A stretch of DNA of 64,000 nt. Source: Camelus dromedarius (taxonomy: Eukaryota). The position numbers were made by a program, and so were the translations under genes. The notes under the pieces are model-generated. The model was given only the letters and a program-made list of their open reading frames with translations. It had not been told where the DNA came from and made no database searches. Within the stretch, counting starts at the first letter, position 1. Each line of letters begins with the position of its first letter. The stretch is from NCBI RefSeq assembly GCF_036321535.1, contig NC_087436.1, forward strand, positions 42,658,001-42,722,000. The letters run 5' to 3'. This document shows positions 11,850-23,109 of the stretch, in pieces.

Positions 11850-13305
11850 GTACCAACTATCTTCTCTCAGTGTTTGCAATGTATTATTTCACTTTTTTCT
11901 GACTTCAGTTTCCACTGTTGAGAAATCAACTTTTAATACAATTGTTCTTCCTTTGTGATTAATCTTTTTTACTCTCTGATACTTTAACTATCTCCTCTTT
12001 TTCATTAATATCTTGATTTCACTATGTTTAGCTGTGTATTTGTTTTTATTTACCTCCTTGGGACTCACTGAGTTTCCTGAATTTGATATTGGTGTATCTG
12101 AAATGGCAATTATCTCTTCAAATATTTTTTCTTAATATTTTATTATTCTGGAACTACCATTAGGAGTATGTGAGCACTCTCCTTCTGCCATCTCTTTCAT
12201 ATTTTTGTTTTCTTCTCTCTCTTTGCCGCATCCTGGGTAATTTTTTTGCATCAATCTTCCATTTAGTAATTCTTTCCTCAACTGTGTAATGTGTTATTTT
12301 ATCCATCAATTAGGTTTTTGAGTCTAATTTTATATTTTAGTTTTTAGAACTTCTGTTTGGTTCTTTAGTAGTAATATTGGTCTTTGTTTACATTTTTAAT
12401 TCACTCTTAAAGAATTTTAAAAGTACTCATTTATATTCTTCTGATTATTTTAACATCTACAGGCTTTGCAGGTATGGCTCATAGTATTTTGTTTCTGCTA
12501 ACCTTGCTAATGGCTCATTTCTTCATGTTTTTAAATGACATTTTATTGGGAGATGATATTCATTGGAACTCTGAGAAGTGTTTGAAAGTTGTGTTTCAAG
12601 TACTTTGCCCCATAGCAGATTTCTGTTTTCTTTTGCCAGGCTCTTGAGGCCACTGCTGATCCAGAATCACTTTAACTTAATTATTGGCTTGGGTTTTCAG
12701 TCACACAGTAGTGTGAATTCATGACCAATATCTGTGGTCTTATGATGATTTAGGGCAAGAGGAATTTTGGCTTCGTATATGAGAGTTACACAAAGGAGGT
12801 AGTTGAGGGTATGGACTCGGGATTATTTGGCTTGTGTATGAAAGGCATGATCACAGGGAAGTTGTTTGCTAACTCTAAGAATTAGGTAGCCCTGGGAGGG
12901 ACAGTCTCTCCCAGATTGGCAAGGCCCCAAGATATCAAAGCATTATAAAACACTAAAAATCATAATACACAAGGCTAGATGGGCAAGTACTCTCAACATC
13001 TCCCTCTGAAAGGGGATTTCTCCTTAAGTTCAGTCACTGCAGGTGTTGTCCTCTGGGAAGTGAGGTCTCAGATTTTTGAGACTATTGCTGACCCAGCCTT
13101 CTATGAAACTCAGACCCAGGCTTTGCCTCCCACCTCCGTGGGTGCATAAGAATTTACAATCCAGGCCCAAGGTTGCTGACAGGTTAGGGGTTCTCCAGGC
13201 AAACACTGACTCCAGTGCTCACTTACCATTCTGGATTTGTGTTTTCTTGTCAATTCTGCCCTCTGATGTTTTTTCTTAATTTATTACCACCTTAGCTGTG
13301 ATTTT
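11850..13305 (-). mobile_element. ancient L1M 5'/ORF1-region fragment, interrupted by a MER74-like LTR
   Basis: T-rich strand with L1M ORF1 antisense motifs (CTGTTGAGAAATCAAC, TTTCACTATGTTTAGCTGTGTATTTGTTTTTATTT, GGCAATTATCTCTTCAAATATTTTTTC). Confidence 0.6.
12733..12971 (-). mobile_element. ERVL LTR fragment, MER74-like (5' part)
   Basis: Reverse complement ATGCTTTGATATCTTGGGGCCTTGCCAATCTGGGAGAGACTGTCCCTCCCAGGGCTACCTAATTCTTAGAG matches the MER74 5' region as I recall it. Confidence 0.7.
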
Positions 13306-13445
13306 TATGTATTTTATTTTTACTGGGCAGAGAGAGGTAATTAGGTCTGTTTGTTTATTTATTTTTAGAGGAGGTAATGAAGATTGAACCCAGGACCCTG
13401 TGTCTGCTAAGCATGTGCTCTACCACTTGAGCTATACCCTCCCCC
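13306..13445 (-). mobile_element. tRNA-Ala-derived camelid SINE (vic-1 type), full length
   Basis: Minus strand GGGGGAGGGTATAGCTCAAGTGGTAGAGCACATGCTTAGC...GGTCCTGGGTTCAATC (Pol III A and B boxes), A-rich tail; 12-bp TSD AGCTGTGATTTT (13294-13305) / AGCTATGATTTT (13446-13457) at a TT/AAAA L1 endonuclease site. Confidence 0.9.
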
Positions 13446-16050
13446 AGCTATGATTTTAAAACTTTTTTTTTTTAACATTTAACCCATTGTTTCAGGCATT
13501 CGACGCTGGAAGGGGTTTTTCTGCTCAATTAGTCAACTGTTTTGCTAAAATTAAAGTCTTAGATTTAAACTTTAATATCTCTTTGCTTACTGAAAGCTGT
13601 TCTCAGTGAACTCTATTAAAGCAAGGGAAAAATATTCAAATAGTGTCTAATGAAATTTCAATTTTGAATTTTTTTTAGGACTTTCAAATAGTTTTGTACA
13701 TTTTGAACAATTTCTATGAATGTGTAAGCTACTTGAAAATTTTGACTAAATTATTTTATAATCTTTATTTTCTCTAAGAAATTTTAAATCTTTCCTATCG
13801 TTGTATATGTTGCAATCTGAAATCTAATTTTAAAATGTGAGGCCATCTCTCTTCCCTTGTCAATATTGAAACTATTTTTGTGAGGGATGTAAATATTTCT
13901 TAATATACCAATCAAATTTTCCCATTCACTGACCTTAGAATAGTTTCTATGTCGACCCTATCTTCTGAATATTCAATATCATCTAAATGGGCAATAAGAA
14001 AACATTTTAAAAACCAAAGAAGAAAAACTCAGTATGCAGTAGACAAGAATATAAATGTGTAGTTCATAAAGTATATTTAGAAAATAAAATTTGAATTGTG
14101 TATTACCTGCAATTTAAATTTCATGTTAATTTTATGTCACTTTGTTTTAATGTTCAAGTTCAGATAATACCCCAAAATACCAAAAAAACTGATAATACAA
14201 CTTGATTATCATAAAAGACAACTATTTTTGATTGTTCAATAGAGCAATTTGAGTTTAATTTATTGTTTCATTTTAAATTTTAATTAAACTAGCTGGAAGT
14301 TCATACGAGTCAGCATGTTTTATGTTACCAAATAACCTTCGGAATTCAAACAACTATTGTCACTAATTAATCATTTCCATTTTCCTAATTCGTAGGAATC
14401 AAGCCAGATTTGAGAACTAACCAGTAAGCGGGATGTTTGGTAAAGGCCTGTTTAACAAAAGGAATACGAGCAAACATGTTTTATATGTAGTGACTACTCC
14501 AAAATTATTTGCCAATTAAGTTATTTACCTTGTGAGAAGTATTCTAACATTTATATCAAAATTAACGGAGAGAGGAAAGAGGAAGGATTAAGTTCTGATT
14601 TTTCTTTCATAAGAATCGGTTCAATTTCAGGAACAAAGAAGCACAATTTAAGACAAGATATTTTCTAGCTATCAGATTACCAAAGAAAACAGTGTTAGAG
14701 AAGGGGGAAGTGAAATTGATGCTTTATGCACAGTTAATTGAATACAAATTGCTACCAGCCCCAGGAGGACAAATTGACATTATGTATCATTAAAAACCTT
14801 TTTTAAATGTGTATGTATTTTAGCCAACTAAACTTTCAGTACTTTATCCTAAAAAACAAAAAATGTATGAAAAGATGTAGATACATGAATGTGTATCACA
14901 ATTTTGTTTATAATTGTGAATGTTTATAACAGGAGTGAAGCTCTTTACTAAAAATATAAGCTGAAGAATTTGCATAGCTCTGCTTTCTCAGGAAGGACAC
15001 ACCTTCTGACCACTTGGGAAGTCACCTCCAACCAAGCATCTTTCTTAACTAAGGACTCCTCTTGCTAGCCTGCCTAGAGCATGGCTGAGTTTTTTGCCTT
15101 AAAACATGATTTCTGTGGTTCATCGCCTCAACATTGACTTAAAATTTATTAAAAATAATAATATATTGATATATCAATATGATAATATTGATAATTGTAT
15201 AATGTTTACTTCTGACTTTTATTCTAATTCATTTTTATATTTTAGATCTTCTACCTCTTATTTTTCTTTAACTTAAAAGCTTATCCCTATATTTTAAATA
15301 AACATAATTTAACTTATTTTATAGTCTTAAAAACTACTTTTTAGTCTTAATAATCTCTTTCTTAACTTTACACTGTTTAGACCTTTCTTCTTTGGCATCT
15401 ATTTATTTTCAGGCTTCATTTTCTTAAAATTGCTTCTTCCATATTTTAAAATTTATATTTTGTCTTTGGGATAAATTCTCTTGCCTTAAAATTATACCTT
15501 ATCTTTGCTTTTTTTTTTTTTTTTAGACTTCATCTAATTAAATGTCTGTTTTGTCACTTACTATTTCATTTTAACTTTTTTCCATCCTTTTGGACAACCT
15601 CATCCCATGGCTCTTATTCATGAGGAGATCTGGCCTTGCCCACAGGTGACTCCTCAGCCCATCTGCACAAAGAGGTAAAGCGGCTCTCTGTTCTGGCACG
15701 GTCCTCGCTAAGCTCAACTTGCACAAGAGAATGTCAGTTCTCCTTGCCAGCTCTGTTGAAACTTAACTGGCAATTAACTTGAAATGTAACTGGCAGTGTG
15801 TTGTGAATACAATCCAGTTCTTAACAAGGCTCATTTGAAAGAAATGTGGTCGATTGAAGACTGCTTAAAAGTTGTGCCACCCTTCCATGTCTCCAGGTGC
15901 TTCCATCAGAAAGCTTATACCCGAATTTATAGTGTTGCAGTCCCATCTAGATTGATCACAGAGAATTGTGCTTTGGTGTACTCTCGTTGGTCTATTTTGA
16001 AGAATTTTATATGAAATTGCCCTATGACAGTGTTATTGTATCTCCTGCAG

Positions 16051-16120
16051 AGAAGTTTTGGGGAGCATATTATCTCCAGAGCAACTGTTTTTTTCTGGGT
16101 TTTCTACGGCTATTGATAAG
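16051..16120 (+). other. candidate internal exon (70 nt), unidentified
   Basis: Acceptor TGTATCTCCTGCAG ends at 16050; donor AAG|GTCAGT at 16120/16121; open frames EVLGSILSPEQLFFSGFSTAIDK and KFWGAYYLQSNCFFLGFLRLLI. Confidence 0.2.
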
Positions 16121-17199
16121 GTCAGTTTTATCTACTGACCTTCCACATTGTGTAATACATTTTCTTTTCTTTTTTGTTGGCTGTTAGAGAACATGCAGTC
16201 AAAATCATGGCCCATATCCAACAAGCACACAGTATCTCTTGGCAAACATTTTACTACTCCTAGTTCCATTTTCTCTCATTTCAGTATTCCCTTGTGGTGA
16301 TTTTCTTAGTTACCTAGTTTAATTTTATCTGGATATATTATATGCATTGTTATACTCTACTATAAAGAATCTAGAAAATAGTGATACTCTGAAAGAGAGA
16401 AAAACAAAGAAAAAGTCAGCATTATAACCCAATTTTACACATTAAAAAACCAGGACAATGTGATAATTATAGGCAGCCAGTCAGTAGCAGAACAGAAAGT
16501 GGAGCACCCACCTTCAAGTTAACTTAAAATTCAAGAATCCAAAGCCATCAGACTCTATTGCTATAATTGCCAGACTTCCATCAACACTGGCAATCAACCA
16601 CTAGTCAGAAAAAATCAAATTCCTTGTGCTGTTTTCTCTACTTTATTTTGAGTAATATTAAAGTTCCAGAAATATATCAGCCCAGGCAAATCCAGTGAGT
16701 GTAAGTAACTAAAAGTGTAAGCTCCCACCTCTTTGCCATATGTTCAGAAAAAGAAAAATCTTAGACAAGTTCAACTTGATGTTTTGTGAATACCTACCTA
16801 GAAACACTGCAGTTTTACTGGATGGGGTTTTGAGGCAATTTTAAAGTATACAGGTTTAATCAAGGATACATAGATGAGTGTAAAATAAAGATCCATGTTG
16901 CCATAAAGATGTATTTTTGCCATTAAATATTAAACAAAATATTTAAATAATACTAATAAATATTTCAAGCAGTGAATAAATATTTCCAAGCCACAAACTC
17001 AGCCTCTTTGAAATTCAACCTCTGCTCCATGGAACTTTATATTTCTGTTGGAGCTCAATATTGTGTAAGTACCATCCAGAGCTTTTTCTACAAGACTCTT
17101 TTTGTTTTGTTTTGTTTTCTGATTATAAAATTAATTATTCTTACTGTCGAAAATGGAAGAAACCAAAACTAGACCAATGAAAATGAAAACTTCATGGAA

Positions 17200-17360
17200 A
17201 TAATTATAGCTAACATTTATTCTGTACTTAGTGTAAACACAAGCCTAAGCATCTTACACACATTTTCTCTACCTCTCAGCAACAGTGCATGGTAGCTACG
17301 CTGCTTAATCCTATTTTATGGCTGAAGAAAACAAAGTTCAGTAAGGTTAATTAAGTGATT
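17200..17360 (-). mobile_element. MIR SINE
   Basis: ATAGCTAACATTTATT...CCTATTTTATGGCTGAAGAAAACAAAGTTCAGTAAGGTTAA, MIR core in reverse. Confidence 0.7.
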
Positions 17361-17584
17361 AAGTGAATGGACCATTCATTATAAAAAGTTAAAGTGAATT
17401 TTGAGATATTGCATCTTTTTTTTTAATTCATTTTGATAGATGAGAGATGGCTGGATAAAGAGAGATAGACTTTTCTTATTGTTAGGAGAGCTATATTTGA
17501 AACCTAATTCAGCCACATACAGTTACATCATGGGTTTTTTTTTTTTCATGACTTTAAATTTTACCAAAAATTTAAAAGCCTGCT

Positions 17585-17870
17585 GAGTCAGTTTAAATTA
17601 CATTCAGCTGGAAGGGACAGTAAACCTAACAGCTAAGTTTAACATTTAAACATGTAAGCAATTATTCGACTGCAAGAATTTTAGCTATAAGCCGATGTAA
17701 GGCAGGTATAGTAGTTCAAGGATGCCATCAGCTCTTCCCATCTTTCTTCTTGCTGTTCTTAACATATAGGGCTTCATCCTTATACTTGTCACCTTGTGGT
17801 CATATGGTGGCTGCTGCATCTGTAGCTGTCATATTTCAGGAAGGAGAAAAAAGTGGGGGTTGGAGGAAGA
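17585..17870 (-). mobile_element. old MaLR LTR fragment (MLT1J/K-like)
   Basis: TGGTCATATGGTGGCTGCTGCATCTGTAG...TTTCAGGAAGGAGAA, typical MLT1 antisense motifs. Confidence 0.5.
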
Positions 17871-17928
17871 AAAAGGGTCATGGCCGTGGCTGTATGCCTC
17901 AGAAGCCCCTCTCATCGTTAGCATATAG

Positions 17929-18480
17929 TGTTTCAGTTAACTCTGTGCTGCATAACAAATTATCCCAATACTTAAAGGCTTGAGACAGCAACAAACTGGC
18001 TGACAACTCTGCCTTTTGGATAAGTTTCACTAGGGGTAGCTGGTCTCTGCACCAGGTGATGTTAGCAGGGGCAAATCAGCTGGGGCTGGAGGGTCCACGA
18101 GAGCTTCAGCCACAAAATTGGCACGCAGCGAGGCACTCAGAATGACTGGAGATTAACTGCGTCTCTCTCCATTACTTCACAGTTTCTCATCCTCCAAGGC
18201 CCTGCTCTATCTCCCATCTTTTTCTAGCCAGATAGTTAAAATTCTTTACATGACAACCAGCTTCTAAAAGAGTGAAAAAACAGAAGATGCAGTCTCTTCA
18301 GACCTAGGCCCAGAAGTCAACTAAATCACGTCCACAGTCTACTGGTCAAAGCAAGTCACGGGACCAGCCCAGATTCAAGGACTAAGGGAGACAGACTTCA
18401 CCTCTTGATGGAAGGAGGGGAATACATGTACAGGGATGAAAGGAATTTGGGGCGACCATCTTTGCAAGTAATCCACTGCA
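17929..18480 (-). mobile_element. MaLR solo LTR (MLT1H-like)
   Basis: TG...CA termini; GCTGCATAACAAATTATCCCAATACTTAAAGGCTT and GGTCAAAGCAAGTCACGGGACCAGCCCAGATTCAAGG motifs; 5-bp TSD TATAG/CATAG (one mismatch). Confidence 0.8.
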
Positions 18481-18594
18481 CATAGATGCTCCTATTCCAA
18501 TTACTGTTTAGAAAAAGCTGTAGTAGGTCAAAAGATAGCCAGGCAACAAAGTGCCTTAATTCAAGCCCTTTTTTTCCCCAAGGAATGCCTATTC

Positions 18595-18735
18595 CCTCTT
18601 GTCTCTTTTTCTCTCTTTCTCCCTTCCTCTCTCTCTCTCTTTCACTCACTCTCTCTCTCTCTCTCTCCTTCTCTCTCATCCCCTCTAACTCTCATTCTTG
18701 CTCTCCCTCTCTGCACCACACACATACACACACAT
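18595..18735. repeat. imperfect (CT)n followed by (CA)n simple repeat
   Basis: Visible CT-rich run then CACACACATACACACACA. Confidence 0.85.
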
Positions 18736-18849
18736 GTATAATCTCCTAGGGTAAAATAATGTAAAGTGATTGATTAAAAATTAAATATACAGGTTAACCT
18801 TAATTTTAAAGATAGGAAAAGAAACCACACATGAAAAAGTCTTCTCAGT

Positions 18850-18962
18850 GTAGCAGTTGAGGGAAATAGGTGACGGGGATCAGGAGGTACAAAGTTCCAG
18901 TTATAAAATAAACTAAACAAGTCACGGGAATATAGTGTACAGCATTGGGAATATAGTGAATG
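18850..18962 (+). mobile_element. L1 3' UTR fragment (L1MA9-like)
   Basis: GAGGTACAAAGTTCCAGTTATAAAATAAA...GTCACGGGAATATAGTGTACAGCATTGGGAATATAGT. Confidence 0.7.
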
Positions 18963-18963
18963 A

Positions 18964-19105
18964 TTTTTTTTGAAATGTAGTATAGTCAATTTACAATATT
19001 GTGCTAGTTTCTGGTGTGCAGTATAGTGATTCAGATATATATATATATATTTTTTTTCCTTTTCCTATTCTTTTTCATTATAGGCTATTACAAGATATTT
19101 TGTAT
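18964..19105 (-). mobile_element. artiodactyl-type L1 3' end
   Basis: T-run then GTATAGTCAATTTACAATATTGTGCTAGTTTCTGGTGTGCAGTATAGTGATTCAG...TTCATTATAGGCTATTACAAGATATT. Confidence 0.8.
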
Positions 19106-19339
19106 ATTTTTTATATACACACACACACCCCTCCATACATATACTATGGTCTGCTTAATTTATCTACCAATTCTTAAGGCAATGAATAGCATTATTTCTA
19201 GTTTTATAATATATTTTTAAAATCTATTAATTATGAGGGCAAGATTTTTCCACTCTTAAAGGAAGAAAGAAAAAAGTTTAGCTTCTCTCGGCTTTCTTTT
19301 TTTTAATCATTCCAAATAAATATTCAAATCTTTATTTCA

Positions 19340-19800
19340 AAGTCCTAAAATGAGCCTACTATTTATTTTCACTTAGAGTCCTAGAAGTATAAACATTAAT
19401 TTGAGAAGAAATGACATCATTAAAATATTCTCACAAGGAAAATTTTATGTTTATACACATTAGAATTTTTCCTGTTTTTCAATAAAGTTTCATAATTTCC
19501 TTAATGTGGATCATATTTCTTCTTAGGATATGTCCCTTTGTAGTATTTTGTTGCTATTTGGAATGAAATACTTTTCATTCATTATATCTGCTAGGTGATA
19601 ATAATTTACTGGAAAGCTATTGTTTTTCATATCTCTCATATACCTGACCCTTTTACTGAATTATTTTGTGCTAAGAGTTTTCAAATTATTTTCTTCAGAA
19701 TTCTTGGTATATACTGCATTTCCAGCAAATAAATATTATTGTCTCATTCACTGCAAAATAAAAATCTTATTTTTTCTATTTTACGTCTTACACTGGCTAT
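19340..19800 (-). mobile_element. ancient L1M ORF2 fragment
   Basis: ATTAATTTGAGAAGAAATGACATC, TTTCAATAAAGTTTCATAATTTCC, TTTTGTTGCTATTTGGAATG antisense ORF2 motifs. Confidence 0.6.
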
Positions 19801-20784
19801 AATTGCAGAATAATATATGATATATTTATTCATGCCACTGATTTTTAGTGAGTAATTGGCCCTTCTCTGGCTGCTAATCTGTGCCACAATTGGGTCACTG
19901 TGAAATTTCAGAACTCCATGCTCCTGTGAAGTTCTCCTCCCATTTTTGTAATTATGTTTCCTATACCAGTATTCAGACTTTTCATGGGAAAAAATCCCTC
20001 TCACCACTTTTTTTTTTTGACTTTGTAATCCTAGCACACAAATTCAAATATTAGATATTCACTGGATGTTTGATGAATGGAGAGATGGATGAGGAGGTAT
20101 GTAGTTGGAGCCATATCTATTGAGAATGAGCTAAGAAGGATGTGTTCATTCAGATGCATAACATTTCCACCCACCAATCTTTCTCAACCTCCAGCCCAAG
20201 ACCTGTGATTCTGGAGAACAAAAATATTATGAGCTGTACAGCTAAACTGAAGGGACTTATTCCAGGGAATGATCTGGTAGTGAAAAGCAGCAGGAAGCAC
20301 GGAGGCTTTGCAAAGAAATCTCATTTTTAGTCTGCTTGTATTCAGGATGTTCATGCTTCTCTTATCACTGAGGAGACCCTAAGGAGCAAACTCAGAACAA
20401 ACTCTCTTTGATGTTTGGTAACAGGTTAATTGTGCGAATGGAAAGCCATTATAGCTACACAAATAAAATTAAGGATTTTGGTATTAACTTTTATGCGAAG
20501 TTCAAATGAGGCAATGGTAGGGGTAATCAATATGGAGAATAATGGGCAGAAAGTATTACTTTTTCGCCCCAATTGTCAAAATAACGTCTAGGGTTATATA
20601 TGTGAATGGTGCACTCACCATTTAAAATCTTAATCCCAAAATTTAAGAGATTTAAGAACATAGACTGTTTTTGACACATCTAGTTTTTAACTAAGTCTTT
20701 AACAAAGTCTTTAACAACTTCAGTTATGAATTTGCATAAAAAGTGATTTAGGGACAGAAAAAAAATAGATTCTCTAGTCTAGAC

Positions 20785-20869
20785 CACTGGTTTTCAAATC
20801 AGGTGTGCGTTTGTGGGTTGCGAGGAGATGGCTTAAAGGAACCGACAGGGCTCTAAAATTCCACTGCTG
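20785..20869. mobile_element. small hAT-Charlie-type MITE relic
   Basis: Left end CACTGGTTTTCAAA, degenerate right end AAAATTCCACTG(CTG); flanking 8-mers GTCTAGAC / TTCTAGAC fit the Charlie NTCTAGAN target. Confidence 0.45.
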
Positions 20870-21622
20870 TTCTAGACTAATTATATAGCTGAAGAATTTT
20901 ATTCTAAGGACTAATTCTTGGATTTATGAATGTTACTATCACTCATTTTATTCAGGCTGAAAACAAGATTATACTGGAGGTCTTTTTTGAAAAATTATTT
21001 GCATGGTTGTTAATGGTGGGCCAGGAAGAAAACATTGGGTTTTTTTTTTACATTGTTTTAAAAAATAAGGATATTTACTCATGAAATTGTAGAATTCTGA
21101 GTGAGTTTATTCTTGGTAATTTAAGAGCTTGGATCCTATAGCTTTTTAGTCTGCTTTATTTAAAATTGAAAAGTGTGTTAAACAGGAAAGCCAGGGCATT
21201 CCTTTTGGCTAGTACTAGCAGAGAATTGTATGATTCTCAAAGTACTCCTTGCATACTAAAAATGAGAGATAAAGTCAAATTAATTGTTTTATTGGATTCT
21301 TTGAAGTAGAACAAATATATTCTAAGTATTTTTGTGAAGAAATATTCTGGTATATTCATGATTTGTCAGTTGTCTCATGAGCTTGAAAAACTTTTTGTCA
21401 TTGCCATAAATTGGGATAGTTAATTGTGCTATCATTCATTTAGCTTTCAGTATGATGGGGGAAATTCTACACTCATACAATACTATATAATAAAAGGAAC
21501 ATGAATGTATCACTTAGCTGCAGAGTTTTAAATTTGTCAGGTTTGGTATTATTGTGTTGGATATATAGGGTCTGGGGAGATAAAGGGAGAAATAAATGGA
21601 GAATTTCCTAATGTAATATTAT

Positions 21623-21636
21623 CCACCAGAGGGAGC
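21623..21636 (+). promoter_or_regulatory. CTCF-like core motif
   Basis: CCACCAGAGGGAGC, one mismatch to CCASYAGRKGGCRS, in an AT-rich background outside a recognised repeat. Confidence 0.4.
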
Positions 21637-21704
21637 ACAGACAGTCAGAAAGAATATAAATAATAACTAAAGTTGACCAATACACTAAGTAGATTTTTAC
21701 CTAG

Positions 21705-22178
21705 TGTCAACTGAAATAAATGCGCAGCCTTAAAGTTGAGAGTTATGTTTTATTTGGCGTGACGACTGGAGCTGGGATGACAGCCTTTCAGATCACTCTG
21801 CGGGACTGCTCCGAAGAGGTAGGGGAGGAGCTAAGATAAATAGGAGCTTTACAACAAAGACCAGGTAGTTGGAACAATAAAAGATTACATGTTATCTAAA
21901 GAAAACCAGGCATCTCAAGTTAAAGAATTTAGTGCTTTTCTTTGTATGGGAGGAAGCAAACGTCTGGGCTCATTGAATTCATTCCTTTGATAAGCCTCTA
22001 GCTATCTAGGGCCATTATTTTGTCCTTTCTTATTCTGAGTTCCCTCAGAGGGCACCATTGTGAGTGGCTGCTGAGGCCGGGCTGCAGGCCTGTCCTCACT
22101 GGGGGGTGGCGGCAGCCGCTGATTCCTTGGTTTCAGCATTCTTTATTTACTGATATGGTTGCAGTATTTTCATTCACA
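21705..22178 (-). mobile_element. ERV1-class solo LTR, 474 bp, relatively young
   Basis: TG...CA termini, perfect 4-bp TSD CTAG (21701-21704 / 22179-22182), minus-strand AATAAA near 21748-21753, several CpGs retained. Confidence 0.9.
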
Positions 22179-22916
22179 CTAGGCTTCAGTATTTTAAAAA
22201 ACAATTAAAAAAAAAAAAGAACATTTCCCAAATAATACCAGTCCTCTTTCATAGAATCAAAATGTCATAAAAAATCAGATGTCATTTTATGAACAGTGGT
22301 TCTGTGCCTATATTTGTATTTTGAATCAGGTCGTTCATCACAACAAATTATAAATAAAATATGAAATTTTGCTTCGCACATTAGTAGCCAAATGCATTTA
22401 TAATGCATGCTTGACTTCTTTCTCACTTTACATAGTGAACCCAAACCTGCTAAGCAAAAGCACCTACTTTTTTAAAAGTCTGTAGCCTCATTTAATCTAG
22501 GCAAGTGTAAATAGGAGAGAAGGAGCTGCTAAAGACGGCAGAGTTCACCCAAACCAATGAAATTTTAACATTTCTAGATGAACAAAGCCAGAGATTCCAT
22601 CAGTTTACACTGCCTCCTGAGGTTATCTGCATATTAAGTGATTCCGATGGCTCTAGAGTTGACTTTGAGAAACACTGCAGCTTTGACAAGAAATGTAAAC
22701 CATGCTGTGGTTTACAAGGCCAATATTGAAAGTGTTTCTGAGCACATTTCAATTTTATCTTTTTCTAATGCAGTATTGCAGAGCTTCTAGTTTTCATTTT
22801 TATCTCTATCACTAAGTGTTAATATTAGGTCTTCAATAATGATCATTCTATAACTGAAAATTATTATTAAACATAACAATTACAGTGTTATAATTTAACA
22901 GTTGCTAGCATTCTTT

Positions 22917-22998
22917 TTTTCTTTGTCTTTTTATTTATTTATCTATTTTATTTTCTTACTGACGTATAGTTGGTTTACAATGTTGTGTTAATTTCTGG
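22917..22998 (-). mobile_element. severely 5'-truncated L1 (82 bp)
   Basis: T-rich tail plus TGACGTATAGTTGGTTTACAATGTTGTGTTAATTTCTGG; perfect 14-bp TSD TGCTAGCATTCTTT at 22903-22916 and 22999-23012. Confidence 0.9.
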
Positions 22999-23109
22999 TG
23001 CTAGCATTCTTTACATGTATAAACAAATTTATATATATAAAGGGTGCTAGCAACTGTCATATATATGCTAATGTATTTGTTTTATATATTTAAGTATATA
23101 AATATTTGT

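Noticed and set aside
13370..13445. tRNA-Ala gene
   Set aside because: The tRNA-like head has degenerate stems and is followed by a SINE body, A-rich tail and TSD; it is a SINE copy.
15163..15180. Perfect 18-bp palindrome ATATTGATATATCAATAT
   Set aside because: Low-complexity AT-rich context; such palindromes arise easily and nothing suggests function.
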